DNA of 63,543 bases, the filler included, from Octopus bimaculoides (lineage: Eukaryota): NCBI RefSeq assembly GCF_001194135.2. It is 6 parts of 5 records of this genome, joined end to end, with 100 filler letters (N's around TTAATTAATTAA, not from the genome) between each part and the next. Parts side by side here need not be neighbours in the genome. Positions count along the whole stretch, not along the records: positions 51,668 to 58,445 come from NC_068988.1; positions 58,546 to 62,110 come from NC_068993.1; positions 62,211 to 63,543 come from NW_026297022.1; 3 more parts are not named here. One strand, given 5' to 3'. Position numbers and translations under genes: made by a program. The notes under the pieces were generated by a model, which had not been told where the DNA came from, did no database searches, and worked only from the letters and a program-made list of their open reading frames with translations. Positions 52,619-63,543 of the stretch are shown here, piece after piece (the stretch's first letter is position 1; the number at the start of each line of letters is the position of its first letter).

Positions 52619-54994
52619 CTGTGTGTCCTCACTCACTGCTTGACAATTGGTGTGGGTTTATTTCTGTCTCCACAGCTTAATGATTCAGTAAAAGAGAACA
52701 GTGGGGGAAAAAAAGTGACGGGGACAAAACTCCCTTCGCAAGTCATACAGATTCATAAGACCAGCTTCCTGGTTTCTGTGACATATACATTGTCTCCTGG
52801 ATGGGACATGAGTCCATCCCAGGGTAACTCATCTTTGCCAACTGAGCAGACTGAAGCAATGTGAAATGAAGTGTTTTGTACAAGAACAATGCATAGACCA
52901 GTCTATGAATCAAAATCATGAACTTACGATCATGGTGCAGCACCCTAACCATTAGCCAAGTGCAATAGCAGGCTCAAAAATCAAGAACTGGGGATCAATT
53001 TGTTCAACTAAACCTTACATCTCTTTAGTATCCAGATTATTCTGTCAAATGTAATGTTTATTTATTCATATTGTTTTGCATTAATTAAGCACTATCTCAT
53101 AGCTTTGAGACATCAATGATGTGATTATTTATTTTTAGAATGACATTGTGACTGAGTTTCTTTTGCCTCATGAAGGCAAAGTGGCTGAGTTCCTTTTGAG
53201 TGTTGGGCCTCACAGAGGCAAAGTGGTTGAGTTCCTTTCGAGTACTGGGCCTCATGGAGGAAATAACCGAGACCTTTGGCATTATGTCGTGGTTGAAAAG
53301 AAGACCAATCAAGCTGAGCAAAATCACAGTTGTGGCAGATACCAGTGTCACATAAATTGCACCTGTGCTGGTGGCACGCAAAAGCACCCATAACACTCTC
53401 AAAGTGGTGGGCATTAGGAAAGGCATCCAGCCATAGAAGACCATGCTATATCAAACTGGAGTCTGGTGCAGCCCTCCAGCTTGTTAGCCTTGGTCAAACC
53501 ATCTAACCCATGCCAGCATGGACAACAGACATTAAATGACAATGATGATGATGATTAGCTACCTAACATAGCTTACATTTATAGTTACATACAGTTTCAT
53601 AATACGCAAATTACATTGTAATATTTTTCAGTCATCTTCACGTTCTGAGTTCAAATTCTGCTGAAGTCGACTTTGCCTTTCATCCTTTCAGGGTTGATAA
53701 AATAAGAACCAGTTGAGTACTAGGGTCGATGTAATTGTCTTACCCCGTCTCTCGAATTTGCTGGCCTTGTGCCAAAATTTGAAATCAATATTTTCTAGAT
53801 TTTGTGATGAGCTGGTAGAATTGTTAGCAAGCTGGACAAAACGCTTAACGGATTTTCATCCTTTCTTCACATTCCGAGTTTAAATTCCACCATGTTGACT
53901 ATATTTTGTCCCTTCGGAGTCGATAAAATAACTACCAGTTGAGCACTGGTGGGGGTCGATGTAATCAACTTATCCCTTCCCCCAAAATTTCAGGCTTTGT
54001 GCCAACAATAGAAATAATAATTATATCCTGGGGCATTTGTTTTTTAGCCCCGGGTCAGCTTTGACTAGATAAGCCTATGATTAAAAGCATACATGCTACG
54101 AATCTACTTTTCTTTATTTTCTTTCAGACAGAATATTCAGAAACACATGGAGGCATGTGGCTCAGTATTTAGGATGTTCAGCTCATTATCAAACACTCAT
54201 GAGTTCAATTCCCAGCAGTACATTGCATCCTTGAGAAAGACACTTTATTTCACATTGTTCCAGTCCACCATCCTGCAAACAAAAGGAGTAGGAGGTCAAG
54301 AAAAGTCTCAATCATGACAAGTTCTCAATAGTTGCCATGCAAACAGGCAGAACAGAAATCAATAATGCTGGTACAGCATAGTTTGGTCGGGAAATGAATA
54401 GCGTCACCAACCAAACTATGTGATATCAGCACTTTGGACTACCTCCATGCTTTAACCTCCACCTGTTTACATTGCAATTATTAAGAACTTGCCACAGTCG
54501 TGACTTTCCTTGACCTCCGGCTATAAATACTCCTTGTATTGCTTTCCTTTATCTGTTGTTTAAGAATAAATATGTTATAATCTGATCTGATAGCTATTGT
54601 CAGCTTATGACTTTTGTTCTGTTACACAAATGTCAGCTCAATCTATACATTGCCTACGACCAATCCTCTTCCCTGCATTTAAAGCTGGTGTTGAGGCACA
54701 AATTTGACCCGAGCACTTATTGCACTTACATTGTATATTATATTACCCACAATACACACACACACATATTTCACCTAGGCACTGTGATATTACTAACCTG
54801 GTGTAGAACTCAATACATGTATATTTCAGAACAAAGAGTTAGATGAGTATAGAGCAGCAATAAGAAAAAGAGATGACACACGAAAAACAATGGTGATGTT
54901 TTGGACTTCATTAGCTTGAAGTGCTTGAATAACATTCTATAGCATCATCAGAACTTCGAATATGAAGTGCAGTTTATTTGGGGAAAAAGAATTA

Positions 54995-55197
54995 CAGTTC
55001 TATATTTAAGAGATGAGGAATTATGTACATTATTTACATTTGACGGATATTTGTCCTCATCTTGTTTGTTGTTAATACAACGTTTCTGCTGATATACACT
55101 CCAGCCTTCATCGGGTGCCTTGGGGAAATTTTGAACCTGGGTTCTCATTCCAAAGGTATTTTTTGATATTATTATCATTATTATTATTCAGGTCACT
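54995..55197 (-). mobile_element. HH-3 family copy, minus strand, core mutated (CCGATGA)
   Basis: Reverse complement matches the 41548 and 55207 copies; hammerhead-like segment at 55074-55119. Confidence 0.6.
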
Positions 55198-55206
55198 ATG
55201 CCTACA

Positions 55207-55276
55207 GGCATATGGCATAGTGGTTAAGAGCATGGGCTACTAACCTCAAGATTCCGAATTTAATTCCAAGCAGTGA

Positions 55277-55311
<35 letters not shown>

Positions 55312-55441
55312 TCATCATCATCAAAAAATACCTTAGTAATGAGAACCTAAGTTTGAAATTTCCTCAAGACACCTGATGAAAGCTGGAAGGTATATCAGCT
55401 GAAACATTGTGTTAACAACAAACAAGATGAGGATAATGTAA
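55207..55441 (+). mobile_element. HH-3 family copy with tRNA-like head and hammerhead motif at 55368-55413
   Basis: GGCATATGGCATAGTGG head, (AAT)n, then GACAC CTGATGA a AGCTG...CAGCT GAAAC ATT GTGTT. Confidence 0.62.
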
Positions 55442-56434
55442 GAAGAATAACATTTGTGCAACATACAATATACAAAAGAATCCATTATTATATATATACA
55501 AGCAGCTAAGCCCAGTTTCACCCGGTCTGTTTGGATGATGTAAATGATCGTTTTTGGTTAGGCATAATCTATAACAGCGTTTTTGAACCTCACCATTTCG
55601 GATCCCCCGTTTCGATTGGAGCCTCCAGCTGTATGAAAATTTCCTGACTCCCTCCCCATCCTTGCCAGAAAACAGTTTCAGGAGTTGTGAAGAACGAATT
55701 TGTACATAGTCAATTTCTGAGAGCTATTCTATTGGACCTCTGTCTAATCATTAAAATATTGATTTAATTATGAACATAGAAAGAAGCCCCTCATGTGTGT
55801 TTGTCTTTGTGCTGTGTTTATCCCTCACCATTTTGCCATGTAAAAAAGCACCTGCACTGGTGCCATATGGAAAGTGCCCAGCAAATTCTGCAGAGTGGAT
55901 GGCTTTAGGGAGGGCATCCAACCATAGAAACCCTGCTAAAACAGACAACTGGTGCAACTCTCTCGCTTGCCAGCTCCTGTCAAACCGTCCAACCCATGCC
56001 AGCATAGAAGATGGACATTAAATGATGATGATGATGATTTAACAACTTGTGTCATTTGTTTATGTCTGTAACTTAGAGGTTCAACGAAAGGTTACTGACA
56101 GAATAATTACCAAGCTTAATAAACAACGGGGTTGATTTGTTCAGCTAAACCCTACAAGGTGGTGCCCCAGTAAGGTCGCAGTCCAATGAATAAAACAAGT
56201 AAAGCAATCACCTTGAAATTAACAAAAGAGCTTGTACATTAATCACTAAAAATGGAAGGACACATGTGAATCAAGATTCCCTATGCCTAAAAAAACAAAA
56301 GAAAAACACAATAAAGAAAAACAAAAACAGGACAGTTTGTGGTCTTAAGCCTTTGTTTATTGCTCAGTCACAGATGAGTGGAGACGAGAATGATAAACAG
56401 ACAACATTTCTTTTAAATCGTATAACCTAAATAA

Positions 56435-56468
<34 letters not shown>

Positions 56469-57722
56469 CAAGTGGTTTCTATGGCTTTAGTAGTTGTTAC
56501 TTTCCCCCTTTTTGCTTATAAACATGTTTTTAAACAATGTGATTTATCTGGGGCCATTCACATGACAACAGGTTACTCCACATGAAGAAAATATCTTAAT
56601 CTTTTTTTTTAACCATTTCAGGCTTTGGTCTCTCACTTCAGCTCTCTTCTTAGTCTCTCTTTCAATGAACACCAATTGTCAAGCTGCAGGCGCAATGGCC
56701 CAGTGGTTAGGGCAGCGGACTCGCAGTTTCAATTCCCAGAGCGGGCGTTGTTTGTGTTTATTGAGCGAAAACACCTAAAGCTCCACGAGGCTCTGGCAGG
56801 GAGTGGTGGCGACCTCTGTTGTACTCTTTTGCCCCAACTTTCTCTCACTCTTTCTTCCTGTTTCTTGAATAAAGCTGCGATGGACTGGCGTCCTGTCCAG
56901 CTGGTGGGTGGGAAGGACACATATGCCATAGAAACCGGGAAACTGGGCCCATGAGCCTGGATAGGCTTTAGAAGGGCGAAAAAAAGAAAAATTGTCAAGC
57001 TATGAAGTAGGCTGACAAACTCAAGGACATACACACAGCCTGTTTCCTAGTAAGGTAATATTTTCCTATAGCTAGAGATATTTTGCATGGAGGGTGGGAA
57101 ACAAACAACCTCACTTGTATGAAGGTGATGCTCATTTACAACTACCATGTACTGTCTAGCTAAGGGTACACACACAGAGAGAGCAATCCAAGCAATCTTC
57201 TTTCAGTTTCTGTCTACCAAATCCACTCACAAGGTATTGGTCAGCTAGTGGTAATAGTAGGAGATCCTTCACAAGGTGCCATGTAGTGGGACTGAACTCA
57301 AGACCACATGGTTGGGAAGCAAACTTCTTAACCACACACACACAGCAACACTACCAGTTCACACTGACTAACAACAGTACCCCAGCCAGAGCCAGCATAT
57401 ACAATCCCACTACCAATACTCATGAAGACAGCGGCAAGATCAAAGCAGCAAGCACGCTAGCTATGGAAATATAGTAGATGCATAATGGTAGTGGTAGATA
57501 GCAGTTGTTGCGATGGTGGTGCTGGGAGTGGAGATTGTGGAGCTTGTCACTACAGCTGATAGTATTAGTGCAAGTGTGTTTGTGTGTGTGTAAGGAGGGT
57601 GTTAAAGACAGGCATAATAATATACAGATTGCTCATATTTCTATATCTTAATATAGCTTCATGTTGTAGGCTTGTATTACCTGAGACTTCATTTCAAAGT
57701 GATTGCAATAAGCAGCAGCTTC

Positions 57723-57758
<36 letters not shown>

Positions 57759-58545
57759 TAGAGTAGAAGATAAAACAAAATAAAAAGAAACAAGTGTTAG
57801 GGACACACAGACAGACAGAAACATCGATAGATATGCAATAAGATGTGGCACTTAAATATCAATTGAAATAAAACATTCCTAGGATATTAGTTCAGTATTG
57901 CCAGAAATGTTACAAAAGTACATCCAAAGGCCAAGTTTTCAGCAATGCAACACCGCTAATTAATAATAAATATGGGTGTAGTCAAAAGTGAATGACTAAA
58001 AAAAAAAAGCAAAAAGAGAGAAAATTGAGGAAAATTGCCACTTTCGTTTCAATAACAGCGCAACTATAAAAAGAATTATATTAATTATATTTCCTTTAAG
58101 CTCACATGCTAATTATACATTGAGCATTTAATTTACAATGAAATTTAATTAACGATCTCAAGCCTGACACGATGATTTAACACTTGACTGCTTTATTCCA
58201 TGCAGATGATACCCGTGTGTCATTTCCCTACATCTGCACAGGTGTGGCTGTGTGGTTAGAAGATTACTTCCTATCCACATGGTTTTGGGTTCACTCTCAC
58301 TGTACAGCACCTTTGAAATGTGTCTTCTAAAGCCTCAGGGCAAACAAAGCCCTGTGACTAGATTTGGTAGACAGAAACAGAAAGAAGCCCATCATAAATG
58401 TGTGTGTATATATATACATATATGGATATATATATATATATATATNNNNNNNNNNNNNNNNNNNNNNNNNNNNNNNNNNNNNNNNNNNNTTAATTAATTA
58501 ANNNNNNNNNNNNNNNNNNNNNNNNNNNNNNNNNNNNNNNNNNNN

Positions 58546-58585
<40 letters not shown>

Positions 58586-59211
58586 ATACATATATATACA
58601 TATACATATATATACATGTACATACATACATACATATACATATACACACATACATATATATATAAATATATAGGCACACACTAATATTTATTTATATTAT
58701 TTATATCTTATTTATATATGTCCATATACATGATGTGTGTGTGTGTGTGTACATATGTGTCTACATATATTCTGGCCAAGTTCCACAAGGACTAACGAAA
58801 AGCTATTCAATACTTATTATTAACAAGATAGAATTGAGGCTGAAAATTATGAAATTATGGATCATCAAGATGAGTGGCGCTAGTAGCAAGATAGGAACCG
58901 GACAGAGGTTATGGCACGACGCTGCAAATGATATTGGCCTGAGGAAATCTGACTTTGGTTAGGAATTCAGTTTGGTAATTAAATGTTATCAAGAAAGAAA
59001 ATGTGAGATTGATATGAGATGAGATGAAAGAAGAATGGTTGGTGGAGAGGTGAGTCATAGAAAGAGAAAGAGAGGGGGGGAATGGTAGAGAAAAAAGGGA
59101 GACAAGTGTGTTTTGTTGTTATTGTTGTAGATGTTGTTGTTGCCATTTTTGTTGTTGTTGTTGGGAGTAATAATGATCGGGGTGGTATGGTCGTCATAGT
59201 GTTGCTGCTAG

Positions 59212-59596
59212 TGGTGGCAGAATCATGGAGTGTCAGGAAAAATGCTTGCGACATTTGTTCTGGCTCTTTACATTCTGAGTTCAAACCCCACTAAAGTCAC
59301 CTTTGCTTTTCATTCTTCCAGGATCAATAAAATAAAGAACCAGCCGAGTGTTAGGGTCGTTAAAATTGCTGACTTTGTGCTTAAATCAAAAACCAAACAG
59401 AATCATTTGCATGCCAGGTGAAATGTTTAGCAGCATTTCATCCATCTTAAAGTTCTGAGTTCAAATTCCACCTCGATCAACATTATCTTTCATCCTTTCG
59501 GGGTCAATAAAATTAAGTACCAGTGAAACACAGGTCAATGAAACTAACTCGTCCCCTCCCTGCAAATTTCAGGTCTTGTGCCCTTAATAGAAAGGA

Positions 59597-59633
<37 letters not shown>

Positions 59634-59850
59634 CATTATTAGGTGATGAAATGACAGAATCGTTAGCATGCCAGGTGAAATACTTAGCAGTATTTCGTCC
59701 TTCTTTATGTTCTGAGTTCAAATTCCGCCAAGGTTGACTTTGCCTTTCAACCTTTCGGGGTCAATAAATTAAGTACCAGTAAAACACCGGGGTCAGTATA
59801 ACTGACTTATCTCCTCCCCCAAAATTTTAGGCCTTGTGCCTATAGTAAAA
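59212..59850 (+). mobile_element. Three tandem family A SINE copies
   Basis: The core ttctgagttcaaa...ctttcatcctt...gtcaataaa recurs at about 59270, 59450 and 59710. Confidence 0.75.
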
Positions 59851-59869
59851 AAGATTATTATTATTATTG

Positions 59870-60130
59870 TTGAATTTGACGCAGGTCTGTTCGTTTTTCT
59901 GATAGAACCTATGTGGGTAATGGGTACTACTTGTAACCTTAGATATCAAGAATCTTCCAATAACCTTTCAAGCACTCAAATCCTACTCATAATCTCTCCT
60001 GGTTCCCAAGAGGCAAATTTTCTGAGGAACTTCTGCAGCCATTCCACTCCAATCACCTTCAACCAATTGTGTCTATCCTTGTCTCTATCTTCCTGTTTTC
60101 GTATTCTACTTAAAGCCCCATTTTATGGGG
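59870..60130 (-). mobile_element. 3' remnant of an R4/Dong-like LINE
   Basis: Minus strand PQKICLLGTRR resembles the LQKxxLLGTARI C-terminus of this clade; the adjacent (ATT)n reads as a (TAA)n tail. Confidence 0.4.
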
Positions 60131-61379
60131 TCATATACATGTATTCTGTGTGGATTCATTTCTGTTAAATGAACCTATTAATGAATCCTGCTGACGACAA
60201 TGCAGACTTTTCCTAATTACAGCTGTGGTCATTAGAATAAGAACTAAGTTTTCTTTTTATGAACAGTATCAACCATTTCAGTCAATCGATGTGTCACAAA
60301 TAAATGAGGGAGCATCTTTGTACTCACTTGACCCTTTAGAAATAGTTGCCAAATCTCCCTCAAATCATACTCCTGAGTTTTTTTTTAAAAAAAAGGGAAA
60401 AATACATTGGATTATGTAGACCTTGGTACACTGTGTCTGAAGACACTGCTGGAAATTACTTTGATTATAAGCTTACTCAATCAGATCAGGCTGACCTAGG
60501 TTTAAAGAACAGCAAGTACTGCGACTGCAGTTATTACCGCTACTACCGTCACCACCACTACTACAACGACAACAACTACAACAATAACGATGACTACTAC
60601 TGCTGCTGTTACTACAACTACTACTACTAGAACTACAGTAGCAACAACAATACAACTGATGATATGTAGGAGCCACCAAATGAGCTCAGCTTGCTAGAAA
60701 TCGCGACTAATTCTTCCTCAAATCATTCATTAACATTAATAAATGAAAGAACACATTAGATAATGTAGACTTAGTGATCGTCATAAAAAAAAAAACAAGA
60801 TGGTCACGCTTGGAATGTTTTTACATAAAGATTAATCTAGAGCAAAACAACAACAACAACATCAACAGTCATTTTTTTGTATTTCATGTTATTGAAAATA
60901 CTTGTTCCTATTTTCCTTATACATTTAACAACTGCTGGTTTTATGTGGGTTGTGATAAGACTAATCGGTGAAGGAACATGGCTCAGTGGTTAGAGCATCG
61001 AGCTTACAATCATAAGGTTGTGAATTCGATTCCCAGACCAGGTTCCGATTCCCAGCTTCGTTACTATGGCAACAGTCCGGATATTTATTGATCAGACCAT
61101 GTATAATATAACAAATCAACATCAGTACTTATTGATTTTTTTTTTTTAATCCTGGTCCTTATTCCATCAGTCACTTTTGCTGAACCGCTAGATTATGCGG
61201 GTGTAAACACACCAACCACTGTTGTGAAGCTGTGGTAGGAGACAAACAGACACAAAAACCAACACATACAGGAGGAGGGAGAGAGAGATGCACATACATG
61301 TACATATATGACTCTCCCCAGATACAACAAAATTCATTGTTATTCAAGAACACAAATGTCTGAAACAACGACGGAACAG

Positions 61380-61650
61380 CCTGCTCGTGAAATAAGCGTC
61401 CAAGTGGTTAAGCATTCCACAGGCACACGTACTCTAAAACGTAGTTCTCGGAAAGGTTCAGGGTGACACACCGAATGTGACAAGGCTGACCCTTTGAAAT
61501 TGCAGGTACTACTCATTTTTGCCAGCTGAGTCGACTGGGGTAACATTTAAAAAATGCGTCTTGCTCCAGGACACAACGCATCGCCGGAAATTGAACTCGC
61601 GACCATACGATCGTGAGCCCAATACCCCTAACCACTAAGCCACGCGCCTG
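61380..61650 (-). mobile_element. tRNA-headed SINE family F
   Basis: Minus strand ggcgcgtggcttagtggttaggg...gagttcaatttccggcgatgcgttgtgtcctggagcaagac has an A/B box head. Related heads lie at about 50750, 51825, 54150, 56688 and 60970. Confidence 0.65.
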
Positions 61651-63543
61651 CGCTCTGTTAGTATATATATACATATATCATGGTCCCGGGTTCAGTACGA
61701 CTGTGTTGCATCTTGGGCAAGTGTCTTCTACTATAGCCTCGGGCCGATCAAAGCCTTGTGAGTGGATTTGGTAGACGGAAACTGAAAGAATCTCGTCGTA
61801 TATATACATGTATGTGTGTGTGTGTGTGTGTGTGTGTCACCACCTCCATCATCGCTTGATAACTGTTGTTGGTGTGTTTACATCCCCGTAACGGTTTGGC
61901 AAAAAAGACCGATAGGATAAGTACTAGACTTACAAAGAATAAGTCCTGGGGTCGATTGCTTCGACTAAAACCGCTTTAAGTCGGTGCTCCAGCATAGCCG
62001 CAGTCAAAAATGACTGAAACAAGTAAAAAGAATAAAAGAACATATGTATATGTATACACATACGCAAACACACACAGACACACACACATACACACGCACA
62101 CGCACACACANNNNNNNNNNNNNNNNNNNNNNNNNNNNNNNNNNNNNNNNNNNNTTAATTAATTAANNNNNNNNNNNNNNNNNNNNNNNNNNNNNNNNNN
62201 NNNNNNNNNNATTTACGTACAAGATTTATAAAGTAATATTCTCAACAGAAAATAATTACTTTTTCTTCATATGTGTGTTTAGCGACTGATCGGAGTTGCA
62301 TGAAGGTTGTTGTGCTGGATGGATATAGACCTAAGCTAAATAAACTAGCTACAGGTTAGGGCCTGAAAATCTGCAAGGGCTTGAAATAATTAGAAGGCAT
62401 ATGTTTTCAATTTTTCTGAGTTTCTGGTGTAATTTTCTTTTTAACAAGGAGTCCCCTAGCGTCATATAACTTGTCTCATCCGGCAATGTACCCAAGCCGA
62501 TCATGCTAACTCTTTCTTAACCTTTCATATCAAACCAGCGAAGGGAGCGTCTACGTTATAGCTCGATCTGCCAAGTACAATAACCGAATTTCCCTTAAAT
62601 CAAATCTCACTGGGGCAAGGGGAAAGGCCTACTTTCGGAATAGGTGTCACTCCCTCGTAAGGAAGGACAAGAATATAAAATATAGAAATTGTTAGAAAAA
62701 AATTCGTTCAGAGTTGTAGTGTTATATGAAACACGGGGATGGGGTGGAAATACAGAAAGAGAGAAAAGAAAACGCCTCCCAATTACTTGTTCTGTTTGTT
62801 CTCCATGAGGAAGTGATAGCTATTCCAAAAATCCACCCAGCTGCTAAAAAGACTTAGTGGTCATCGCAAAATCAATAGCAAAAACTAATTTGATTTGAAG
62901 AAATTAAAACCTTCATTTCCGTTCTTAGTTCTCTGCATAAAATTCCTACACCTCACTGATCTTGGCTTTGCTGGTACATTTTTGTAGGACTACTCCTTAA
63001 TTTCTGTTCACGTTTTAATTGGGGGTAATTTCCTAATTTGTCTTAAGTGGTATGTCTCCCCTGTCAACGAAAACTCTTCGAACTGTTTCCTAAATTCAAA
63101 GTAAAAGCAGTATTGTAATTCGTGGGATTGTTTTCTAAGATCGAATTCTCGTTTTATTGACTATAATACCAACTGATACAGGTTTAGTCTTAAGCTTCGT
63201 TGTTACATTTATATTTCCATAAATAAACACACACACGCGTGTAATGTGTGTGTGTGTGTATATATATATATATTGGATTTGCCTGTCGTAGAAAACAGAC
63301 GAGGATTCGGCAATTTCTTGCTGATTTCTAGCTGAACAACAACACGTGCAGATGATTTGTTTCTAGTGATCAAATGTTTGTACTGTACAGATGCATAGTG
63401 TGCCACTAGTCACTTGTCGAAAATGATCGCAGACTAAGTGTACTGCACAAAACATCCCTCGGTCCGGGAATTGAAATCATGTTCACGCGTTCGAGAGTGC
63501 AACTTAACCACCGCCCTCACACACACACACACACATGTATGTA

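Noticed and set aside
24208-62166. Five identical TTAATTAATTAA islands within N runs
   Set aside because: Perfect identity, placement only inside gaps and six-frame stops indicate a synthetic scaffolding linker, not biology.

Overview
AT-rich, gapped, microsatellite-rich eukaryotic scaffold. The repeat families and gene sequence suggest an octopus/cephalopod draft genome (inference). One protein-coding gene is well supported: a 4-exon mitochondrial ATP synthase subunit f gene (ATP5MF/ATP5J2) on the + strand, CDS 26873-35031, 108 aa, with canonical phase-1 GT-AG introns. The rest is mostly transposon-derived: degraded mariner copies, R4/Dong-like, HERO-like, RTE and Penelope-like retroelement fragments, several tRNA-headed SINE families, MITEs and simple repeats. 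The most notable signal is a set of at least six minimal type-I hammerhead ribozyme motifs in three unrelated repeat families. One family is a tRNA-headed SINE-like element, and one motif lies upstream of a Penelope-type RT fragment. Other observations include several long fold-back structures, a possible spliced pseudogene at about 6.5-7.0 kb, and assembly artefacts (TTAATTAATTAA gap linkers, duplicated gap flanks). Repeat boundaries and identities were judged by eye and are approximate.
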